Source: Paramecium tetraurelia (lineage: Eukaryota). Taken from it: 64,000 bases of DNA. This document shows, piece by piece, positions 26,701-39,334 of the stretch; the first letter of the stretch is position 1; each line of letters begins with the position of its first letter. The stretch is from positions 332,826 through 396,825 of the forward strand of contig CT868396.1 in NCBI GenBank assembly GCA_000165425.1, given 5' to 3'. The translations under genes and the position numbers were made by a program. The notes under the pieces are model-generated. The model worked only from the letters and a program-made list of their open reading frames with translations, made no database searches and was not told the DNA's origin.

Positions 26701-29652
26701 GCTCTTCTACTCAACCTTCTCTGTTTATACCTAATTTCCACTTAGAGAAGGCAATCTTATATGCATCTTCTTTTTCTTCACTTTGATCAGACCTTCCTAG
26801 AAACTATTGCCCTAAGTCAGTAACTCTAAAAGGAGAGGCAACATCTTCTCTTCGAATTCCTTAGTCAATTTGCCCACTTCCACTGCCTCAACATAATGAT
26901 TGAAAATTTGAGCTATCTTTTTATCCTTTTCCATCTACAGCTAACCCCAAATGAAACAGGTTTGAGAGTAGATTGGCAAAAAGGGATCAATATCTATGTA
27001 CAGGACTTCATATAATTTGAGATAACTGTTTTTCATTGACAAAGGAATCTAGGTTGATTTAATTACATTCTAAATATGATTCGAAGTTATCCCCAAAAAT
27101 TACACCTTCTTCATACATTTCTTATTTCTGCCCTTGCATAACTAAGCCAATAAGTTCACTGAAGCAGTCAAATAACTTAAGAACTGCAACAACGATTTCT
27201 TGACCAAGATTTTCTCTCCCAACTCTTCAAGTGAAAACAACTCCATCTCATTATTTTCAGAAGGCCTTATCAAATGCAATTGATTTAAGGAAGGATTCTT
27301 TAATAGGAAATCGGCCAAGGGTTCCTCTCGATATAAATTAAATGTAGGCTTATCGAGGAGAACATTAAATTGACATAAGAATTTGGTCTTGCCATTCTTT
27401 CCTTAAGAGAATAGTTCCTTACAAACTTTGTTTTGATATCGAAAGATCCCTTGATTGCTGGAATCCACCATTGCTATTGATATTACCTTAAGATAAATAG
27501 TCATGTCATAGATGTTATTCCCTACTTCCTCCAATGGTTCTAATAGGCGAACCCAATCCGTCAAATCGATGTTTGGTTGGTCTTTTACTGCTTCCCTCAG
27601 AATGGCTGAAACATGGGGTCCATAACTTCGAATTTATTTACACAAGAATTCGTCATTATCCAAGGCTATTTTGCGATTGCTCTGATTGTTTTTGATGGAC
27701 AAGAGGATGATCTTGTAAATGTGAACAGGAATGGATGCCAAAGCTTTGAATGCCACATAAGACTAAGAAAATACACTTAAATTATTACAGCTGTCTATTG
27801 CGATGGCAGACGTCTTTCTGTCTTATACAATCGGCTCTACTCCTTCTCTCTAAACACTTTCTATTAGGTGAAGACAATGTTGTCAATCAATTTCAATAAG
27901 GAGAATAGCAACTCCAAGATCTTCTATTCTCTCAATAACTTTTGCTTCTATTGATAGCTAGTTTGGACATTGTTGTTCATTTCATATTGATTTGCTTTGT
28001 TAGACAAGTGATTGTTCAAGGCTTCCAATTGCAATTACAAATGATAAACCTCCTGTTCCAACTGTCCTTTTAGAGACAAGGATTTCAAGTAATCGAATAC
28101 AAAAATGTCTTCATTCTATTTCTTCTTATCTGACAAGATGGACCATTATTGCAAATACACATGGAAGTTCAGGATTCTCATATGAATTTCATTGAGATCC
28201 TCCAAAATGACAGAAGATGCAGGGTCGATCTATTTGATTGAGAATAGCTGGGGTGTCTGATCATTGGGGAGAGGTTGAAATTGGAATTTTCCATTCTAAG
28301 TCAGCATCAAGTATGTTCCTAGAGAACTTTGAATGCTGACGATTTGTTCATTGGATTCTTGTTGCTCTGTAGATTCAGGATTGAAGTAGAAGATGCTATA
28401 ATCATCCTGCATATAGCCTGCTGTCAATTTGAGTCTCTTTTCATCATTGGGATCTACTGACAAATATTACTACGTAAATAAGGATTTTAATTTACAAGCA
28501 TTAGGACCAGCTTGTTGTTCTGTAAATGGGAATAGAGGTTGTATTTCAAAGTATGTATATGAATTTAGGAGATTGCTCGATTGTACTTCGTAATCCTGCA
28601 TCAAATACTTGTTGAGATCTAGGGTTCTCAGAGAGAAGGTCTCCTGTTGTTGTTGTTACTGATCATTATTGAAATTGTTGATGATGGCATTTTTGTTGAT
28701 TATGAATTACTGCAGTTATTTCTCGCTGGTTCCAATGGCTATCATATACTGTTGATTGATGATTTGGATAATATTATTCTAATGACTCTTGACCTTGTGC
28801 AAATGGAAACAGTCAGGCCTATCACTTGCATTGATGTCAATGAACTTGTTGCTTGAGTATCGTGATTCATCCTTCTCCAATTTCAGATAATACTATCTAT
28901 TGGAGTCCTATTGAAACAGCAACTGATCATTGTATTGGATCTTGTCTCCGATTTTGTTTGCACTCGAATATGGCATGATTCTCAATATGTTCTGATGACC
29001 AATTTGGGATTGCAAATTGACTTAAAAAGATCCTCGTTCTTGTGATGGCACATCCAAATTGATCATCACACTCTACTCTGACTTAGAGTGAACCAACACT
29101 ATGCGCTGACCGTAACAAACGTAACTCTGATCACTCATGATAGTTCTCGGATTCCGAATTGTAAAAAAACACTTCTATTGATGCGAATAGGGGTTGTTAA
29201 TGACTTGATTGGTCATGTTCACACAATTTATTGACCCAGAGTACTACAGATTCCCTATGATTATCAATTCATGGATTTGAGTTTCACTCTGTTTCCCTCC
29301 AATTGCTGTGCCAGCCACATTGGTTTTAATCACGAAGACATCGCCAAACTTCAAATACGGGTGTTCCGATTGTCGATGACCTTGGATCTCCTTCTCGGGA
29401 CCTTTGTTTTGGACTAATGACTTTTTCTTTGACTTTATTATTTCTTTCTACACAGACTAATTATCAGATATCTCGTTGTCTAGGATCTCGTCCTTCTCTT
29501 GCTATCTCATTATGTCCTAAGTTCATTCAACTGATTTACTTATTGAGGCTAAGTTGATTGCCTGACTTTTGTTTATAGGAATGTCAGTTACTTTTGTTTC
29601 TTGGTCTCCTACTCGAAGTCCTCCCTCTATTAAGTTTAGGCTTCTTGTCCAT
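20737..29652 (-). CDS. IP3 receptor/ryanodine receptor-family Ca2+-release channel (CRC), ~2900 aa
   Basis: N-terminal YLKFGDVF beta-trefoil-like start, RIH-associated-like LNNFCEGNPQNQ, C-terminal TM block and CKIC..HIEKVH..YLFFI..DMSWLP tail typical of IP3R/RyR. Start codon is less certain than the stop. Confidence 0.88.
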
Positions 29653-30504
29653 TTTTATTCCCCAAGTATTGACTAGTAGCTTAAATCAATGTGGGTGATC
29701 TATTTATTTCACCCTAATGGAGAGTATTCTGTTTCAGTGTTCTAAAACCAATCTTAAGGAATGCATTTTTTATGTGCTCCGTTCCCTTCTTGCAGGACTA
29801 TATCGCTACAAAGGAAAGGCTCATATTCATTTATTTATGAAACTAATTAATTTATAAAATATTCAAATTATATGTACAATATGTTCAACCCCATGAATTC
29901 GCAACCAACAACATGTCTATCATTATCAGTCGTGCAATCTGGGGGAGTTCTCCGAGTTCGAGTCTCAGAAGAGGAGTGTCGATTTATTTGGAAGTAGAAG
30001 TCCAAACATTCTGAGAAATTACCTTCCTTTCTTATTTTATTTAAATGATGTTCTATTATCTCACTCATTTGCGAGTCTGGTATTTGTCTATATCCGAATT
30101 TAAATTTAAAATTTGTTGACGTTATAATTAGGAATATTCGAATATTCAATAATGAATACCCGATTGGGTGATAATGTCCTCCTTTTGATGGACGAAAATA
30201 CATGAGAGCGTCCTGTAATATTAATTTAGGTTGCTCTTCACTTTTCGATTGATGGAGCCTCAAGATCTTAAGTGATTGAAGTCACTTTGAAGTGTGGGTT
30301 ATTGGCGGGCTTTCTCAGGATACTAAGGTGAATTGTTAGGCTTAAATAAGATCTATTTATTTTTAATTAATTTCTTTAATAAGGTTTTGAATCACTATAG
30401 ATAGTGTCATTTTTATCATAATTAAAATTAATTATCAGAATTTCTTTAATTGATAGTATAAAAGCCTTTTAGGAATTTCATATTTTCATCAAAAATATAA
30501 TTAA

Positions 30505-33500
30505 ATGAAAACTGATGGTGCAGCAGAAAATTAGGCTCTTACAAATGGGAATGGAGCCAATGCACAGCCACAACAAGAACCGATGGTTCCATATTTTGAG
30601 CTTCTAAGGTACGCCAGTCCAAAAGACAAAGTTTTAATGTTCATTGGTGGGTTCGCAGCCTTTTGCAACGGAGCTGCCTTTCCAAGTTTTTCAATCATCT
30701 TCGGAGATATGACAGACTCATTCTCAGAAGCAGGAGATGAAATGGTTCGTTAAGCTGGATTGAATGCAATGTAAATATATAGAAAAACTCAATATAGATA
30801 TTTCGTTATTGTTGCAGTGGGAACAATGCTCATGTCCTTCATAATGTTCGCCACTTGGATGATCACTGGAGAGAATCAGAGCATAGAATTCAGAAAGAGA
30901 TACTTCTCTGCAATTTTGAGATAGGAAATCGGATGGTTCGATACCATTAATCCAAACGAATTGAATAGCAAAGTGGCAAACGAGACCTTTGCAGTACAGG
31001 GTGCCATCGGAGAGAAAGTTCCTACCTTTATCATGACCTTCTCGATGTCCTTCTTTGGCTTCTTGATTGGTTACATTTAGTACTCATTTTATCATAAATA
31101 TTTTAGTGGTTGGTAATTAGCCTTGGTAGTCACAGCCACATTGCCAGCAATCTCCATAGCCACAGCCATATTCGCCGTCATTATCCAAACATCTGAAAAT
31201 GCCACCCAAAAAGCCTATTCAGATGCTGGAGCCTTGGCAGAACAAGCAATCAATGCCATCAAGACAGTGAAGATGTTGGATGGTGAGGACTTCGAAGTCG
31301 AGAAGTACAAAAAGCACCTTCTTGATGCAACAGCCACAACAATCAGTTATCAATTCGGTGTTGGATTGGCATTCGGATTTTTATGGGCAGCCATGCTTTG
31401 GGCCTACGCTCTTGGTTTCTGGTATGGAGCTAAGTTGATTTCCGATTAGGTATCCATAATAATATATACATTTAATAGACTATTAATGATAACATGGGTG
31501 CAGTGTACACAGTGGGAGATGTGATGATTATCTTTTTTGCCATTTTGACTGGTGGATTCTCATTAGGCTAAGCAGGTCCTTGTGTCCAGAATTTTGCCAA
31601 GGGAAGACAAGCAGCTGTTAAAATGTTTGCCATCTTAGACAGAAATCCAAAGATCGTCAACCCTCTTAACCCAATAAAATTAACATCTTTTAATGGAACT
31701 ATTCTATTGAGGAATATCCAATTTAGTTATCCAAACAGACCAGACCAAAAAATATTGAAAGGATTAAACTTAAATATACCTGCTGGCAAGAAAGTAGCCT
31801 TGGTAGGAGAGAGTGGTTGTGGTAAATCCACTGTTATGTAATTGATCGAAAGATTCTATGATTGTGAAGAAGGAGAAGTATTATTTGGTGGAGCTGATGG
31901 AATCAATGTCAAAGACTTGGATCTTCTTGATTTGAGAAGTAGAATTGGTCTTGTCGGATAAGAACCAGTGTTGTTTGCCACCAGTATCAGAGAGAATCTA
32001 TTGTATGGTAAGACAGATGCAACAGAAACTGAAATGATTGATGCTTTAAAGAAAGCCAACGCTTGGGACTTTGTATCCAAAATGGACAAGGGATTGGAAA
32101 CCTACGTTGGTATAGGAGGTGGCCAATTGAGTGGTGGATAGAAGTAGAGAATAGCTATTGCCAGAGCCATCTTAAAAAGACCATAAATATTGTTACTCGA
32201 TGAAGCCACCAGTGCCTTGGATAGAACCAATGAGAGATTGATCCAAGAGACTTTGGATGAAGTGTCAAAGGGAATCACTACCATCGTCATTGCTCACAGA
32301 TTAAGCACAATCTAAAATGCTGACTTAATCTATGTCATTGATAAAGGTCTCGTGGTTGAAATGGGAACTCATCAAGAATTGATGAATATGCATGGAAAAT
32401 ATGAAATCTTGGCTAAGAATTAGATTCAAGCCTAAAATCAAGAAAAAGACTCTGGATCTTTTAGTTCTAATCCTTCATAGAAGAATCTTGACGATCAACA
32501 AGTAGGATCTCAAAGATCAGTTAAACTTAAGATGAATATGACCGATCAACAAAACATTGTTGTTGCTGTTAAATAAGAAATCGACAGATTCCAAGATTTG
32601 GGAGTACCTGAATTGGTCAAGAAGGTTTCTGGATAAGTACATCATCATCATCACCATCATCATCATCATAAGAAAAATGAAACAGACTTGGAAACACAAC
32701 CATTACCTAAGAAAGATGAATCCAAATAGGAGAAACAAGAAGTTGATGCATAAATGGGAAGATTGTTCACTTACAATTAAGATGAGAAACCTCAATTTAT
32801 CATTGGTATTATTGCAGCCTTAGCCAATGGATGTACATTCCCAGTGTTCTCCTTGTTCTTGGCTGAAATGATTACTGTTTTAGTGGAATCCAATCCTTCC
32901 TTTGCTGATTATCAATGTTCAATCACATACGATAACCCCACCACAGAAATGTGCTAACTCTTGAAAGACGATTTAAAGGATGAAGTAAAAACCAAAGCAG
33001 ATAGACTGGCCCTCTGGTTTTTCTTGATTGGAGTTGCAGCTCAAATTCTTTGGACATTCCAAATGTATTTCTTGGCATATGTGGGAGAGAAACTCACCTG
33101 TAAATTGAGATTGGATACATACAGAAAATTGTTGAGAATGCCTATTCCATACTTTGATATCCCCAAAAACAATGCAGGTACCTTAACAAGCAGATTGTCT
33201 GTTGATTGTAAATTGATTAATGGACTCACCTCATCAATTTTGGGTATTAACATATCAAATGTTGGTGCTTTGATTTGTGGATTGGTTATTTCCTTTGTTG
33301 CCAGTTGGTAAATGACCCTTATCATGCTTGGATTGGCTCCCTTGTCATACGTAGGAGGAATCTTGTAAGCCAAATTTTTGTAAGGGTTCTCAGATCTTAC
33401 TGACGAAGCATATAAAGATTCTGGTAACTTGATTATGGAAGCTGTCACCAATATAAGAACTGTAGTTTCATTCGGTAATGAGGAGATTATTCTTGGAATA

Positions 33501-34644
33501 TATTCAAAGAAGGTCCAACTTCCATTGATGAAAGCAAAAGAGAGAGGAATATATGCAGGTTTGGCTTTCGGATTTTCATAAATGTAAATGTTCATCATTA
33601 ATGCCATTGTCTTCTACGTTGGAGCTATCCTCTGTAGAGATGGAGTCATCACGATAGAAGGTATGTTTAAGTCCATTCTTGCCATTACATTTGCAACCAT
33701 GAGTGCAGGAAATAATGCAGCATTCGCAGGTGATATTGGAGCAGCTAAAAATGCCAGCAGAAACATTTTTGAAATTTTAGATAGTGAAGATGAATTCTAG
33801 AGAGAAGAGAGACTAAAAAAGCAGAAGATTACTAAACCAATGTAAGGAGACATCCATTTCAACAACCTTACTTTCAAATATGTAGGAAGGGATAAGAATG
33901 TGTTTGAAAACTTGAGTTTGACTGTTAAATAAGGATAGAAAGTTGCCTTTGTGGGTCCTTCTGGATGTGGTAAATCTACTTTGATGTAAATGCTTATGAG
34001 ATTTTACGAACCAGATCAAGGTGTCATTACCATTAATGGCATTGACATCACCGATTATGACATCAGGTACATCAGAAGACAATTTGGTATTGTTTCATAA
34101 GAGCCAGTGTTGTTCAATGGTACTATTAAGGAAAATATTCAATACAATCTACCGGCTATTACTGGTGAGCAAATAGAAAATGCAGCCAAGAAAGCCAATG
34201 CTTATGATTTTATCATCAAGAACCAATTCGAAGAAACCCAGGTGGAATAGAAGGGAAATGAGAAGCAAAGAGGACAAGGATTCGATAGATAAGTAGGACC
34301 AAAGGGAGCTTAGATTTCAGGAGGCCAGAAACAACGTATTGCCATTGCTAGAGCCATCCTTAGAGATTCAAATCTCTTATTACTTGATGAGGCCACAAGT
34401 GCTCTGGATGCTGCAAGTGAATAATTAGTGCAGGACAGTCTGAACAAACTGATGGAGGGAAAAACCACTGTTGCAATTGCTCACAGAATTTCAACTATCA
34501 AAGTAATTAATTCATAATATCCATTAGGACTCTGATGTTATTTATGTCTTCGAAGACGGCAAAATCGTTGAAGAAGGTAGCTACTAAACATTGGTGGGTC
34601 TTAAAGGTGCATTCTATAGACTTGAATAAGGAATTGCTAAATGA
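30505..34644 (+). CDS. full-length ABCB (MDR/P-glycoprotein-like) transporter
   Basis: TMD-NBD-TMD-NBD; Walker [10 protein letters not shown] and GPSGCGKST, signatures [14 protein letters not shown] and [25 protein letters not shown] twice. Confidence 0.96.
32640..32669 (+). repeat. (CAY)10 trinucleotide repeat encoding His10 in the ABCB linker
   Basis: cat x4, cac, cat x5, in frame: [19 protein letters not shown]. Confidence 0.95.
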
Positions 34645-34728
34645 TGATTTGTTAAATTGTTATATATTATTTAAATTATAAATTCGATATCTTTTGTTAA
34701 CTAGAATACAAAAAGTAATTAATTGTGA

Positions 34729-37700
34729 TCACATAAGAACCTCAACAACCATCTCCTCAGTCAATTCTTCAAACACGTAGTCTGCTATCTCCATCAACAC
34801 TTCGGAGTATTCCTGAGCCATCTGGAACCATTTCCTTTCTCCTTCTTACAACTAATTTAAGATCTCTTGCATATCATACTTCAATTGAGAGACAATTTTG
34901 TATCCTCTCCTCATTGATGTAAGCCAAAGAATCATTCCCTTGGCATTCCTGCATTATTATCAGTTGCTCATAATTTAGTTGTCGAACCGATATCACTGGA
35001 ATCTCATCAGATAACAATCCTAATCATGGTTAAGCATTCATTGCATACCACACAGAGTCTTTGACCAATCAAACACCTTTTGCCTTGCTCTCTCCAAGAT
35101 GTTGGGAATGTCCTCTATTCCATAACATAATCTCTATGAGATGTTGGTTTCTACGCACCATGGATAGGGAACCCCTTCATCTTGGTAGAAAGGCCTTTAG
35201 ATGTTGAGAGCCTCGTTGAAAGCATCGAATATGGCCTAGTTGTGAATTTTTTCATACTGATTTTGAGTTTCCAATATTTGTTCTATGATAGATTTCTTTT
35301 ATAACTTATTTAGGAAAGGGGTGACACTTCTTGATGACCTTCGCAATCATCCTGTGCGTGCAACTATCTCAATCTGTTTAAGGGTTTTCTGCCATAGGGA
35401 GTGTTCATTCTCTTCAGAAATTCCGGCTAATCACTTTCTATTGCATAACATTAAGGATCGTACCTAAAACTGCAAAGCACATCAAATTTATGAAGTTGTT
35501 AATCACTCCCAAGTTTGTGAGGATCCCCGCATTAGTTTAATAGGCGTATTGTTGAACCAATTCTATCTTATTCAAACTATTCGAGGCTTCGTCGATTAAG
35601 TGCTCAATGATCTTCTCTGCCTCTTCTTCCACTTTCAATGCGTAATTCAAACCATAAATTTACACCTACGGTTCTCGATAATCTGTTATTACTTATTTGG
35701 ATTCGTTATTAGGTGATACCTATAAAGGTCTTGCAATTTAATTTCCAAAAAAGAGTTCTTCATTAAATGTTGAGATTTCAAAATCCTTTCTTTTTGGATC
35801 TTACTAAAATGGTTTTGAAAATTAATTCTACTTCGACTATGATGATATTGATTGTTATTGAGCAATCTTCATTTCATTCCTATCATTAATCTAATTCAAG
35901 AATTTCGTATTTGGAGTTACGATTTTCGGAGAATTCGGAATGCTAAACTAAAGATCAGACTAATCCAAGAAACTCTCATCCTTAATTTCAGATTAATCAA
36001 ATGAAATTTATTCTAACTATTAAAGTGCCAATACATACATAACTAAGACAGCACCAGCATCTAATCCTTTCTCAAGTCCTTCACAATAATAACATCCTAT
36101 TCAGTCTTCTTCAACAACGTGTTTGATTGCTTCTACACCTTCTGCAATTCACTCTTGAATTTCGACAATTAATCTGCCTGCTTTGAAAACCACGATTAAA
36201 CCAATTATTTATTGTGATGGAACGATCTCGGAGATATTTTTTACTACTGCAACAAATTCTAAAATGCCTACATCTGACTGTTCACCCTCAATTTTATACT
36301 CTAACTGATATAAATTCTATTTACTTTCTCCCTCTATTAGCATATGTCTTCTATTTAAGAATTTGTCAGGAACTCCTTCTTAAAAATGAAACTACTGTTT
36401 GACATCGGCGACGATGCATGAGACTTTTTAGGGAATTCTTCCAATGCCATCTTCAAATGACTTTCCAAAATATTATTCTTTTGATTTGCTTGGTTGTTGG
36501 CTTTCTGATTTTCTACCACCTAATTTATATAGGAAATGGAGGTTTGCAATTCCTCATCCTTTCTTTCCACTCTAATTTACTTTAATATTTGCTAAAACTA
36601 TTGAATTTGATCCTCAGATAAATTTTTCAATTCATTGAAAATATTCATCAAAACACTTCGATCCTTTTCATCAGATCTTTAAATCGATAAAGTATTGAGT
36701 CTTACAGAACTTGGTTTGGAATCATCCTTTGGCTGATCTTCAAGACTCTTAATTTGGGGAACCTACTCTTATATGTCATTTAAATACATCAATTTTATAA
36801 TCTCTAATTTAAATCGGAGACTCAGTAGTCCGTATTTGATTCCTCGCCTTTTTGTCCTATTTACTTGATTTCTCCCTCAATAAATGCTTCAATCTCAGAG
36901 TGTGTATCTCAGACACCTTATTTGGACTGGGATTGGTAACTTATTATTGCTATTATTGTAAGGATTGCTTTGATTTGCTGATTCCCTTCTTTTTACTTAA
37001 AGTCCTCACTTAGCGTAATAGACTGGGCGAGTAGTCAATATTCCTCATCTGGAACTTCTCTTGTATTGGACTAAACTAGGATGTAATTTGTTCATTATAA
37101 TGGTGTATGGCTTGCTCTCTTGATCTGGATTTGAGTTTTTTTTTAAAAGAAGTAGATTCTTTTTCAGGAGATTTGGACTTTGATTTTGACTTGGATTTCG
37201 ATTTGGATTTGGATATGGTTCTGCTTAAACTAGTTTTGGAGGAAACAAATTTTTTCAAAATGTCGTTTAGCAATGGTTTCTGTTGATTTTATTAGGGTGT
37301 TTGTTGTTTATTTTATTTGACTCTTTGCTTCTGGGGTGAACGCGATGTATTCTTAGTCTTTGATTAAGCAGCCGATGGGATTAGTGCTTTCTTTTTCTCA
37401 GGATTCCTTTTTAGTGTTTTATCTTATGAAATATCATCTTTCTTCTTGATATTTTACAGAGATTGACTATTCATTTGATTGCTTAAAGGATTTTTGTCTA
37501 CTTTTTTTGTTATCTTCAAAGTGTTGCTTTGAGTGTTTTTCTGCTTAGTTTTACTCGCCTACTTTATCTATTTCTATTCATAAGGAATGTAAGATTATTT
37601 CAAAAAAATATTTTCAAAAACATCTGGCGATTATTTGCTTTTTTAAGCCCCTTGACTTGCTTAAGGGACATCGAGACTGCTGTATCTGTTATAATTAGCA

Positions 37701-37942
37701 AAGACTTGACTGTTCTCGAATCTGTCAGTTGGTGATGCCAAATTGTTGTCTGGAAATAAGCAGGATGATCTTAATGATTTCACTTCTGAGGGATTCTTCG
37801 TCATTGTTATTTTTTAGGCTGATGTAGAGTTTATTATGTTATTATTTAGAGCCTTTAATCTACCCTAAAGTTTTTGGATGTTTTTCTCCAAAGCATTTGA
37901 GTAATTTTAACGCAATTATTTGAAATCGTTAAATTCATTCAT
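34729..37942 (-). CDS. large low-complexity/coiled-coil protein with DUF4378/CEP350-C-like C-terminal domain
   Basis: KSKSKS tract; C-terminal IHNQAIFDAFNEALN..PYPW and KWFQMAQEYSEVLMEIADYVFEELTEEMV resemble that domain. Family call is tentative. Confidence 0.6.
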
Positions 37943-38342
37943 TTGATTTATTAATAAATGAATTCTCATTCTATCCATTGAAGAAAACAACACAATTTGT
38001 GAGTATTTCCAAAATATAACACACTTTGATTAGATGAAATGAGAGAGCCATACAGTTAGAATACAATAAGTTAAGGGACATCAATTAAATAAGAATAAGA
38101 TCAATTCTCATTAATGAACAAAAATGCATCAATTAACATCGAACAAATATTTATGTAATCTCTACGCTTGGTTAAGTTTAAGAATCTATTGAAATTCGAA
38201 GTTTTTGGAGTAAATAAGAATGTAGTATTTTAGTGATTCATTAATTCATTATGGTGATTCATGAATTTAATTAATAAAAAATCAATTGGGTATTTAAAAA
38301 TTAAATAAAAATCAAAATTAATAATAATTTTAAATAAATTAC

Positions 38343-39278
38343 ATGGACAATTAAGATAATAAAAATTGTTAAGATAATCAATGTTGCGACAAATAAAGTT
38401 GTTGTTAGGAGGAATAAGTTTAATAAAAACAATAATGTTGCACAAGCAACTCTTGTGAATCAGAAGAATAAGTCAAAAATAATGTAAAACAAAGATATGG
38501 AGAAATCTGTGAATAAACCAAACAAATAAATGCAGCCTCATTTTGTGGGGTTGGAGGATGTGGCAGTTCCTCAGGTTGTGGAACCATAGATTATGCTGTG
38601 TTTGCAGAAAATTATGAAAAACTTTCAGGATATGTTCCAGAAGCTGACTTAGGATTAGGATGTGGAATTCCAACTGAATTTGCACAATTGAAGAAAGGAG
38701 ATATAGTACTAGATCTAGGATCAGGAGCAGGAAATGATTGCTTTATAGCCAGAGCTTTGGTTGGAGAAAGTGGAAAAGTTATTGGAGTGGATATGACACC
38801 CAATATGATCAGAAAGGCTTAGTTGAATTCAGACAAATACAATTTCAGAAATGTTGAGTTCAGATATGGGGATATTTCAGACTTACCCATTTTAGATAAT
38901 TTTGTTGATGTTGCCATCAGCAATTGTGTTATCAATTTGGTACCAGACAAAAGAAAAGTATTCTAAGAAATCAAGAGAGTCTTGAAGTCGAATGGTCATT
39001 TCTCTATAAGTGACGTACTTACAACTGGAGATTTACCTTTGTCGATAAGAAAGGCTTCAGAATTGCATGTTGGATGTGTTTCAGGAGCTCTAAGAAAAGA
39101 TATATAGTTAAAGATTCTTGAAGAATTAGGATTCATAGACATTTAGATTAAGAAAGAGAAGGTGATTGATTTCCCTGATGAGTTGATGTTGAAATATGTT
39201 TCTTAGGAAGAGTTAAAGGAATTTTAGAATAGTGGAATCAAAATTATAAGTGCAACCATCTATGCCAAAAAATAATGA
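38343..39278 (+). CDS. arsM: arsenite S-adenosylmethionine methyltransferase (ArsM/AS3MT), intronless, 311 aa
   Basis: [43 protein letters not shown] and VGCVSGA, with the conserved As-binding cysteines. Confidence 0.93.
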
Positions 39279-39334
39279 TTAGTATTGGATTTATACATTA
39301 AATATATATATAATAAAGATATAGAATGCATTAG

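Noticed and set aside
29523..29830. ~100-codon upstream out-of-frame ORF overlapping the CRC start
   Set aside because: With TGA as the only stop, ORFs of this length arise readily by chance; no motif support.
33041..33607. 188-aa antisense ORF within the ABCB gene (similar ones at 488-847 and 6935-7264)
   Set aside because: Shadow ORFs opposite well-supported genes, with no recognisable motifs.
37165..37215. Imperfect 6-nt repeats (tttgga-like)
   Set aside because: They encode a KSKSKS low-complexity tract on the minus strand; not telomeric repeats or a CRISPR array.
30505..39278. His-tract ABC exporter near arsM as a metal-detoxification cluster
   Set aside because: An unrelated 3-kb gene lies between them, no shared regulatory motif is visible, and proximity alone is weak evidence in this genome type.
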